Assembly (NCBI GenBank): GCA_045615485.1
Contig: JAZLEX010000046.1
Coordinates: 1-35,356 of the forward strand
Source of the DNA: Prevotella sp.
GTDB lineage: Bacteria > Bacteroidota > Bacteroidia > Bacteroidales > Bacteroidaceae
DNA length: 35,356 bases
Reading direction: 5' to 3'
Shown here: piece after piece, positions 28,759 to 35,356 of the stretch
How the letters are laid out: each line of letters starts with the position of its first letter
Position numbering within the stretch: the first letter of the stretch is position 1
Translations under genes and position numbers: made by a program
Notes under the pieces: model-generated
Databases searched by the model: none
What the model was told of the DNA's origin: nothing
The model's input: the letters and a program-made list of their open reading frames with translations, nothing else

Positions 28759-29078
28759 TACTTAATCTCCTCTCCTGATTTTTTTGCGTAACGTACTAAC
28801 TTGCCAGCCTCATTGCGCTTGCGACCAATGCGGGTGGGCTTTCCTGACTTGGGGTCTACCACATTCAGGTTGCTGATATGGATAGGAGCCTCCACTTCCA
28901 CAAAGCCCCCTTGAGGGTTCTTCGCATTGGGCTTTTGGCTCTTCTTTACCATATTGACACCTTCCACTACGGCACGCTGCTTTTCAACAAGCACACGGGT
29001 AACCTTGCCAGTCTTACCCTTGTTTTCGCCAGCGTTCACATAAACGGTGTCGCCTTTTTTGATATGTAATTTTGCCAT
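28758..29078 (-). CDS. rplX: 50S ribosomal protein L24
   Basis: [15 protein letters not shown]. Confidence 0.98.
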   Translation of the reverse strand: MAKLHIKKGDTVYVNAGENKGKTGKVTRVLVEKQRAVVEGVNMVKKSQKPNAKNPQGGFVEVEAPIHISNLNVVDPKSGKPTRIGRKRNEAGKLVRYAKKSGEEIK

Positions 29079-29098
29079 TACTTTGTCTCTTTTTTAGA

Positions 29099-29464
29099 TT
29101 AAAGTACTTCGGGTGCGAGCGAAACGACCTTCATATTGACCGTGCGGAGTTCACGGGCCACGGGGCCGAAAATACGGCTGCCGCGAAGTTCGCCTGCATT
29201 GTTGAGCAGCACACAGGCATTATCGTCAAAACGAATGTAGGAACCGTCTGCACGGCGTATTTCCTTCTTCGTGCGTACAATCAACGCCTTAGATACGGCA
29301 CCCTTCTTGATTTCGCTGGACGGAATGACGTTCTTGACAGAAACGACAATCACATCACCCACAGAAGCGTAGCGACGCTTTGTACCACCGAGCACACGGA
29401 TGCAGAGACACTCGCGAGCACCGCTGTTGTCGGCTACAGTTAAACGGGATTCTGTCTGTATCAT
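29099..29464 (-). CDS. rplN: 50S ribosomal protein L14
   Basis: [24 protein letters not shown]. Confidence 0.98.
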   Translation of the reverse strand: MIQTESRLTVADNSGARECLCIRVLGGTKRRYASVGDVIVVSVKNVIPSSEIKKGAVSKALIVRTKKEIRRADGSYIRFDDNACVLLNNAGELRGSRIFGPVARELRTVNMKVVSLAPEVL

Positions 29465-29466
29465 GA

Positions 29467-29724
29467 TTACTTAGCTCTTTCAATGATTTCTACTACTCTC
29501 CAACGCTTAGTCTTGCTCAGAGGACGAGTTTCCATGATGGCTACGGTATCGCCTACATTGCACTCGTTTTTTTCATCGTGAGCATGATACTTCTTCGTCT
29601 TGGAGACAAACTTACCATAAATGGGGTGCTTTTCCTTGAACTTAGCAGCGACGACAATGGTCTTGTCCATCTTGTTGCTAATTACAACACCTTGACGGGT
29701 TTTTCTAAGATTTCTTTCTTCCAT
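29467..29724 (-). CDS. rpsQ: 30S ribosomal protein S17
   Basis: [19 protein letters not shown]. Confidence 0.98.
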   Translation of the reverse strand: MEERNLRKTRQGVVISNKMDKTIVVAAKFKEKHPIYGKFVSKTKKYHAHDEKNECNVGDTVAIMETRPLSKTKRWRVVEIIERAK

Positions 29725-29733
29725 GTCGCATTT

Positions 29734-29928
29734 TTATTTGTTAAGTTCGTTTTCGCGAATCACAGTCTTCAACCGGGCAATCGTACGACGCACGGCCTTA
29801 ATCTGTGCAGGATTCTCAAGAGGAGAAACGCTGTGGTTGAGGAGCAACTGCTGATATTTGGCCTGTTCTGCCTCAACGCGCTCTGCCAATTCGTTGGCAG
29901 GAATCTGTCGAATTTCTGCAATTTTCAT
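29734..29928 (-). CDS. rpmC: 50S ribosomal protein L29
   Basis: LENPAQIKAVRRTIARLKT; conserved position in the cluster. Confidence 0.96.
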   Translation of the reverse strand: MKIAEIRQIPANELAERVEAEQAKYQQLLLNHSVSPLENPAQIKAVRRTIARLKTVIRENELNK

Positions 29929-29930
29929 AA

Positions 29931-30356
29931 TTAAGCGTTTTTGTCGTAATCACGTCTAACAATAAACTTCGTAGTTACCGGGAGCTTCTGGGCAGCCAGA
30001 CGGAGAGCCTCCTTGGCTACTGCAAAAGGAACACCTTCAATCTCAAAGATAATACGGCCCGGAGTAATGGGGAAAACATATCCCACAGGATCACCCTTAC
30101 CTTTACCCATGCGGACATCAGCAGGCTTCTTGGTGATGGGTTTGTCGGGGAAGATGCGAATCCAGCTCTGGCCCTCACGCTGCATGTAACGAGTCATAGC
30201 GACACGGGCAGCTTCAATCTGACGACCAGTAATCCAGTGTGTATCGAGGCTCTTTATGCCAAAGCTACCAAAAGCCAACTGGTTGCCGCGCTGGGCATTG
30301 CCCTTGCAACGGCCTTTTTGCGGTCTGCGATATTTAGTTCTTTTAGGCTGTAACAT
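29931..30356 (-). CDS. rplP: 50S ribosomal protein L16
   Basis: [17 protein letters not shown]. Confidence 0.98.
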   Translation of the reverse strand: MLQPKRTKYRRPQKGRCKGNAQRGNQLAFGSFGIKSLDTHWITGRQIEAARVAMTRYMQREGQSWIRIFPDKPITKKPADVRMGKGKGDPVGYVFPITPGRIIFEIEGVPFAVAKEALRLAAQKLPVTTKFIVRRDYDKNA

Positions 30357-30369
30357 AACTAGATTTCAA

Positions 30370-31098
30370 TTAACGATTGTTGTTTCTCTTGTTACGGAAA
30401 TCACGCCGGCCACGACCATTGTCAAGGCGACGATTATCCTTCTCAGGAGTGAAATTAGGTGTCAAATCTTTCTTTCCATAGACTTCACCACGGCAAATCC
30501 ACACCTTGATACCAAGAATGCCTACCTTTGTGAGAGCCTCCGTCTGGCAATAGTCAATGTCGGCACGGAAAGTGTGGAGAGGCGTACGGCCTTCCTTGAA
30601 CATTTCGCTACGAGCAATTTCTGCGCCATTCAGACGGCCAGAGATTTGTACTTTGATACCTTCTGCACCCATGCGCATCGTATTGGCAATAGCCATCTTG
30701 ATAGCACGACGATATGCAATTTTGCCCTCTACTTGGCGAGCGATGCTGCGACCGACAATCACGGCATCAAGATCGGGCTTCTTTATTTCAAAGATGTTGA
30801 TTTGAATATCCTTGTCGGTAATCTTTTTCAACTCTTCCTTGAGCTTATCTACTTCCGTTCCGCCCTTACCAATGATTACACCGGGGCGTGAAGTGCACAC
30901 GGTGATGGTAATGAGTTTGGGAGTGCGCTCAATGACGATACGCGATACACTGGCTTTAGCAAGACGGGCGTCAAGATACTTGCGGAGCTTCGAGTCCTCA
31001 AGAATGTTGTCGCCGAAGTTACGGCCACCGTACCAATTCGAATCCCAACCACGGACAATACCGAGGCGGTTACTTATCGGATTTACTTTTTGTCCCAT
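30370..31098 (-). CDS. rpsC: 30S ribosomal protein S3
   Basis: [29 protein letters not shown]. Confidence 0.98.
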   Translation of the reverse strand: MGQKVNPISNRLGIVRGWDSNWYGGRNFGDNILEDSKLRKYLDARLAKASVSRIVIERTPKLITITVCTSRPGVIIGKGGTEVDKLKEELKKITDKDIQINIFEIKKPDLDAVIVGRSIARQVEGKIAYRRAIKMAIANTMRMGAEGIKVQISGRLNGAEIARSEMFKEGRTPLHTFRADIDYCQTEALTKVGILGIKVWICRGEVYGKKDLTPNFTPEKDNRRLDNGRGRRDFRNKRNNNR

Positions 31099-31116
31099 TC
31101 TTTTACTTTTTAATCA

Positions 31117-31509
31117 TTAGTTCTTTGTGTCAACGAAAACGGTGACGTGATTTGAACGCTTGCGGATTCTGTAGCCGCGTCCCTGAGGTGCAGGGCGCAT
31201 ACGCTTGAGCGTGGCACCTTCATCCACGAAAATCTTGGTTACGAACAGTTCGCCTTCATCAGCCTTGCGGTCGTTTTTAACTTCCCAGTTGGCGATGGCT
31301 GAGCGAAGCAACTTCTCGAGATCTACAGAAGCGGCCTTCTTGCTGAAATGCAAGGTAGCGAGTGCACGGTTTACTTCCATTCCGCGTACGAGGTCAGCGA
31401 CATAGCGCATCTTGCGGGGGGAAGAGGGCACGTTGCGGAGCACGGCACTGTTCTGTGTCTTACGGGCTTCTTTTCTAGCTTGAGCAGCTATTCCTTTTCT
31501 TGCTCCCAT
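31117..31509 (-). CDS. rplV: 50S ribosomal protein L22
   Basis: [23 protein letters not shown]. Confidence 0.98.
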   Translation of the reverse strand: MGARKGIAAQARKEARKTQNSAVLRNVPSSPRKMRYVADLVRGMEVNRALATLHFSKKAASVDLEKLLRSAIANWEVKNDRKADEGELFVTKIFVDEGATLKRMRPAPQGRGYRIRKRSNHVTVFVDTKN

Positions 31510-31558
31510 TATTAATTTGCTTTTTTAATTCTGGATTGATTGAGCCTGTGTGCGAAGC

Positions 31559-31828
31559 TTACTTCTTCTTCTGACCGGCATGGCCGCCAAACTTGCGGGT
31601 AGGTGCGAACTCACCCAGCTTATGACCGACCATATTTTCCGTCACATACACAGGAATGAACTTGTTACCGTTGTGCACAGCAATGGTGTGTCCCACGAAA
31701 TCAGGACTAATCATTGAAGCGCGGGCCCACGTCTTCACAACGCTTTTCTTACCACTTTCATTCATGGCAAGCACCTTCTTTTCAAGGCTGACGGCGATGT
31801 AGGGCCCTTTCTTTAGTGAACGACTCAT
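31559..31828 (-). CDS. rpsS: 30S ribosomal protein S19
   Basis: [21 protein letters not shown]. Confidence 0.98.
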   Translation of the reverse strand: MSRSLKKGPYIAVSLEKKVLAMNESGKKSVVKTWARASMISPDFVGHTIAVHNGNKFIPVYVTENMVGHKLGEFAPTRKFGGHAGQKKK

Positions 31829-31853
31829 AGTCTTGCGATTCTTTTAGTACTTG

Positions 31854-32678
31854 TTACTTTTTACGTCTTTCGATAATGTACTTGTTGCTCTGCTTCTTAG
31901 GAGCGCGAGTCTTCAGACCCTTTGCGTAGAGGCCAGTACGGCTGCGGGGATGGCCACCGCTCTGACGGCCTTCACCACCGCCCATGGGGTGGTCTACGGG
32001 GTTCATAACAACGCCACGGTTGTGAGGACGACGGCCTAACCAGCGGCTGCGTCCGGCTTTGCCGGAACTTTCGAGGGCGTGGTCGCTATTGCCGACACTT
32101 CCGATAGTTGCCTTGCAAGCACTAAGAATCTGGCGGGTCTCACCTGAGGGAAGTTTAATAACACAATACTTACCTTCACGGCTGGTCAGCTGGGCGAAGT
32201 TACCGGCACTGCGCACGAGCAAAGCACCCTGACCAGGGCGAAGCTCAATGTTATGAATCACAGTACCTACGGGAATGTTCTGAAGCGGCAGGGCATTACC
32301 TATTTCAGGTACTGCTTCTGCGCCAGACATCAGCTGGTCGCCAACCTTCAATCCATTAGGAGCGATAATGTAACGCTTTTCACCGTCAGCGTAATAAAGG
32401 AGCGCGATGCGAGCAGAACGGTTAGGATCATACTCAATCGTCTTTACGACTGCGGGAACACCATCTTTCTCTCGCTTGAAGTCGATGAAGCGGAACTTGC
32501 GCTTATGGCCACCGCCAATGTAGCGCATCGTCATCTTGCCGATGTTGTTGCGTCCGCCAGTGCTCATCTTACCCGTTACGAGAGATTTCTCAGGTACGGA
32601 TGCAGTAATCTCTTCGAACGTACCTATAATCTTGTGTCTCTGGCCCGGTGTTGTGGGCTTAAATTTACGTACTGCCAT
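31854..32678 (-). CDS. rplB: 50S ribosomal protein L2
   Basis: [25 protein letters not shown]. Confidence 0.98.
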   Translation of the reverse strand: MAVRKFKPTTPGQRHKIIGTFEEITASVPEKSLVTGKMSTGGRNNIGKMTMRYIGGGHKRKFRFIDFKREKDGVPAVVKTIEYDPNRSARIALLYYADGEKRYIIAPNGLKVGDQLMSGAEAVPEIGNALPLQNIPVGTVIHNIELRPGQGALLVRSAGNFAQLTSREGKYCVIKLPSGETRQILSACKATIGSVGNSDHALESSGKAGRSRWLGRRPHNRGVVMNPVDHPMGGGEGRQSGGHPRSRTGLYAKGLKTRAPKKQSNKYIIERRKK

Positions 32679-32684
32679 TTTTAA

Positions 32685-32978
32685 TTATTGAATGTTACTG
32701 TAAAAGTCGATAGTTTCGCCGTCCTTGACGGTTACGATTGCCTTTTTGAAAGCGTTGGTGCGACCCTTCAGGAGACCGGCACGGGTGTAGCGGCTCTTGT
32801 TCTTGCCGGCGTAAACCATGGTGTTTACGTCAACGACGGTCACATTGTACGTAGCTTCCACTTCTGCCTTAATCTGGAGCTTGTTAGCCTCAGGGCGCAC
32901 GATGAAGCCGAACTTGTTCTGCTTCTCCGTGATGCTGGTCATCTTCTCGGTGATCAGGGGTTTTACTATGAATGCCAT
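32685..32978 (-). CDS. rplW: 50S ribosomal protein L23
   Basis: PLITEK..ANKLQIK..KKAIVT. Confidence 0.98.
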   Translation of the reverse strand: MAFIVKPLITEKMTSITEKQNKFGFIVRPEANKLQIKAEVEATYNVTVVDVNTMVYAGKNKSRYTRAGLLKGRTNAFKKAIVTVKDGETIDFYSNIQ

Positions 32979-32990
32979 AATCTAATGTGC

Positions 32991-33620
32991 TTATTTGGTT
33001 AAGACAGTTTCAATATTCTGCAAGGCACTCTCTGTCATTACCACTACGCCGGCGTTCAGCACGCTATAGGTGTTCACGTTGCTGGCAGCGCTTACCTTGG
33101 CCTCGGGCAGGTTGCGGGCAGACAGATAGATATTCTTGTTGGCACCGGGAGTTACCATCAGCACCTTCTTACCCTCCAGCTTCAGAGCGGCGAGGATTTC
33201 CTTGAAGGACTTGGTGCGGGGAGTTTCCAGCTCGAAGTCTTCTACGACTACGAGGGCGCCTTCATTCACTTTATACGTCAAAGCGCTGCGGCGGGCAAGG
33301 GCCTTCACCTTCTTGTTCAGCTTGAAGCTGTAGTCGCGGGGCTTAGGACCGAACACGCGGGCACCACCTACGAGCACGGGTGAGTTGATGTCACCGCGGC
33401 GAGCGCCGCCGCCGCCCTTCTGGCGACCGAGCTTGCGGGTAGAACCGCTCATTTCGCTTCTCTCCTTAGACTTGGCTGTACCCTGGCGCTGGTCAGCAAG
33501 ATACTGCTTCACGTCGAGGTAGATAGCGTGGTCATTGGGTTCGATGCCGAACACAGCATCGTTCAGGACAACCTTCTTGCCGGTTTCCTGACCTTTCATA
33601 TTTAATACGCTGAGTTCCAT
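32991..33620 (-). CDS. rplD: 50S ribosomal protein L4
   Basis: [23 protein letters not shown]. Confidence 0.98.
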   Translation of the reverse strand: MELSVLNMKGQETGKKVVLNDAVFGIEPNDHAIYLDVKQYLADQRQGTAKSKERSEMSGSTRKLGRQKGGGGARRGDINSPVLVGGARVFGPKPRDYSFKLNKKVKALARRSALTYKVNEGALVVVEDFELETPRTKSFKEILAALKLEGKKVLMVTPGANKNIYLSARNLPEAKVSAASNVNTYSVLNAGVVVMTESALQNIETVLTK

Positions 33621-33623
33621 TTC

Positions 33624-34241
33624 TTACTTCTGTACAATTACGATTGAACCATTGCATCCGGCTACGCTGCCCTTGATGAGGAGCAGGTTATGCTCGGGGA
33701 TGACCTTTAACACTTTGAGGTTTTGCGTGGTCACGCGATCGCCGCCCATCTGGCCGCCCATGCGGAGACCCTTGAAAACCTTTGCGGGGTAAGAGCAGGC
33801 GCCGATAGCACCCGGCTTGCGGGCACGGTCGTCCTGGCCGTGAGTGGTCTGGCCTACGCCGCCGAATCCGTGACGCTTCATTACGCCCTGGAAGCCCTTA
33901 CCCTTGCTGATGCCGATGACGTCCACAAAGTTTACGTCATTGAACAGCTCAACGGTGAGGGTGTCGCCCAGGTTGTACTCCTGGTCAAAACCTGTGAACT
34001 CGGCCAAGTGGCGCTTCGGGGTCACACCAGCTTTCTTGAAGTGTCCGAGCAGGGCGTTGGAGGTATTCTTCTCCTTAGCCTCTTGGAAGCCCAGCTGCAC
34101 GGCAGCGTAGCCATCCTTCTCAACACTCTTCACCTGGGTAACCACGCAAGGACCTACTTCGATAACGGTGCACGGCACGTTCTTGCCGTCGGCACCGAAA
34201 ACGGATGTCATTCCGATTTTCTTTCCAATTAATCCTGGCAT
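33624..34241 (-). CDS. rplC: 50S ribosomal protein L3
   Basis: [22 protein letters not shown]. Confidence 0.98.
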   Translation of the reverse strand: MPGLIGKKIGMTSVFGADGKNVPCTVIEVGPCVVTQVKSVEKDGYAAVQLGFQEAKEKNTSNALLGHFKKAGVTPKRHLAEFTGFDQEYNLGDTLTVELFNDVNFVDVIGISKGKGFQGVMKRHGFGGVGQTTHGQDDRARKPGAIGACSYPAKVFKGLRMGGQMGGDRVTTQNLKVLKVIPEHNLLLIKGSVAGCNGSIVIVQK

Positions 34242-34476
34242 TTCAGTTGATTTGAGTTGTTAATAAATGAGTTAATAATATGGTTTGGTTTATTGATTGC
34301 TTGGTATGGTTTACATTCCACCGCTTTTTCTTTAGCGCATTCTCCCCCAATACGCTCAGGGGCGCACACGCCGAAAGCTACCCTAAGGCAGCCAAAATCA
34401 GCGGATTACGCACAATGGCGCGCGTATTCCACACTTTTACGGGTGCAAAGTTAAGCATTATTTTCCATACCACCAA
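34242..34476 (-). promoter_or_regulatory. Promoter (-7 TAACTTTG at 34446-34453) and ~200-nt structured 5' leader of rplC
   Basis: TAnnTTTG box; minus-strand hairpins UACGCGC/GUGCGUA, GGCUGCC/GGUAGCU, AGCGUAUU/AAUGCGCU. Confidence 0.6.
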
Positions 34477-35015
34477 CACTTTACGCTATTTTTTTTAATT
34501 TTTTTTTGCATCGCTTTGCAAAAAGCGTGAACTGCAAGCAGTAAGCCGTGCACTGTTTTAGTGCTAAACGACGGACAGTTTGCGGCACCTCCGTTTCCCG
34601 CGATGACCGATGTGATTCTTTCGCGCGCGTATATATATATAATGTGTGCTATTGATAAAAGACAACAGATACAATTAAAACAACTTCTTTCAAGCTCCGG
34701 CCACAACCGGCCTACGCTTTGTTGAGAATGACGTGTTTTTACCACGAATTGCACGAATCTCTCTCTAAATGCTGATTTATTTTGTAAAAAAAAGCCGTTC
34801 ACTTTTTGTCAAGATTTTTTCACCTTTTACCCTCAAAATTTGGCCGTATTTTCAAAAAAATTTTTTGCGTTTACTTCTGTGCGATTCTGAGAGAGTTTTC
34901 TATGTTACTGATTCTCTTGTGTTTAACGCAAGGGTGAGTGAAAACGCCTCCCTAAAACCCTCCCTACACCCCCTTATAGGCGAAAATACATACACGATGT
35001 TGACCGAATTTGCAG

Positions 35016-35043
35016 CCCTCCCCCCTGGGGGGGGCGGGGAGGG
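35016..35043. repeat. GC-rich REP-like palindrome
   Basis: ccctcccc-N12-ggggaggg. Confidence 0.45.
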
Positions 35044-35056
35044 GGTCCCACCTAAA

Positions 35057-35145
35057 GCCCTTTTAGTCGCAACTAATGCCCTTTTAGTTGAAATTATCTC
35101 CCTTTTAATTTGAACAATCGCCCTTTCATTTTTTTCGATGTCCCT
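35057..35145. repeat. Degenerate 21-bp tandem repeat (4 copies plus a truncated fifth)
   Basis: (g/t)ccct(tt) cores at 35057, 35078, 35099, 35120 and 35141. Confidence 0.7.
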
Positions 35146-35356
35146 CCTGACTTCATCACTTTTTTGCGCCATCATATAGCGTAGAATGAAAATCAATGAG
35201 TTACGTAATTTTTTTGGGTGACTTTGGGTGACGCAAGCCGATTTTTTCGTACCTTTGCACCATGTTTGTACGCAAGAAAATCAATCGCTCAGGTACAATT
35301 AGCATTGTAGTCGTGAGCAAATCACATGGGAAGTTCACCGAAGTGAAGAAATTCGG
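35146..35356 (+). mobile_element. Left end of an IS1634-family insertion sequence
   Basis: Putative terminal inverted repeat cctgacttcatca from 35146, tandem tttgggtgac subterminal repeats, transposase start at 35262. Confidence 0.7.
35262..35356 (+). CDS. IS1634-family transposase, N-terminus (runs off the window)
   Basis: MFVRKKINRSGTISIVVVSKSHGKFTEVKKF resembles Bacteroidales IS1634 transposase starts; TACCTTTG -7 box at 35250-35257. Confidence 0.75.
   Translation, partial: MFVRKKINRSGTISIVVVSKSHGKFTEVKKF

Noticed and set aside
19759-34241. Higher GC at both ends of the ribosomal cluster as a sign of chimerism
   Set aside because: Visual impression only. Gene order is intact and I cannot define a breakpoint without computing GC3.
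35057-35145. CRISPR array
   Set aside because: The 21-bp period leaves no room for spacers, the units are degenerate, and no cas genes are present.
34458-35196. ORFs of 98-114 aa upstream of rplC
   Set aside because: Low-complexity translations of repeats; one crosses the IS boundary and none resembles S10.

Overview
Bacteroidales (Prevotellaceae-like) chromosome segment, almost entirely encoded on the minus strand. (1) 1-~19140 is an accessory defence island. It carries an XRE HTH gene, a WYL regulator, and a type I R-M locus ordered hsdM-hsdS-[Schlafen/AlbA_2 protein]-hsdR, whose HsdR has an extra C-terminal domain with a HEPN-type RxxxxH motif. Next is a tight four-gene operon (EVE-like+PD-(D/E)XK nuclease, a second PD-(D/E)XK nuclease, an SF2-ATPase/Z1/ASCH-like protein, an SprT-like HExxH protease), then an 89-aa ORF and DUF2130. 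A structured leader or ncRNA runs off the left edge. Three transcription units share a GTGCR-N7-YGCRC palindrome exactly 10 bp from the Bacteroidetes -7 promoter box, which suggests a WYL regulon. (2) ~19146-19486 is a promoter followed by a ~300-nt highly structured non-coding element at the island edge. (3) 19759-34241 is the rplC to rplQ ribosomal protein cluster (S10/spc/alpha), which starts at rplC with no rpsJ upstream. (4) The right edge holds degenerate 21-bp repeats interrupted by the start of an IS1634-family element. Domain calls come from motif recognition by eye; no database search was run.
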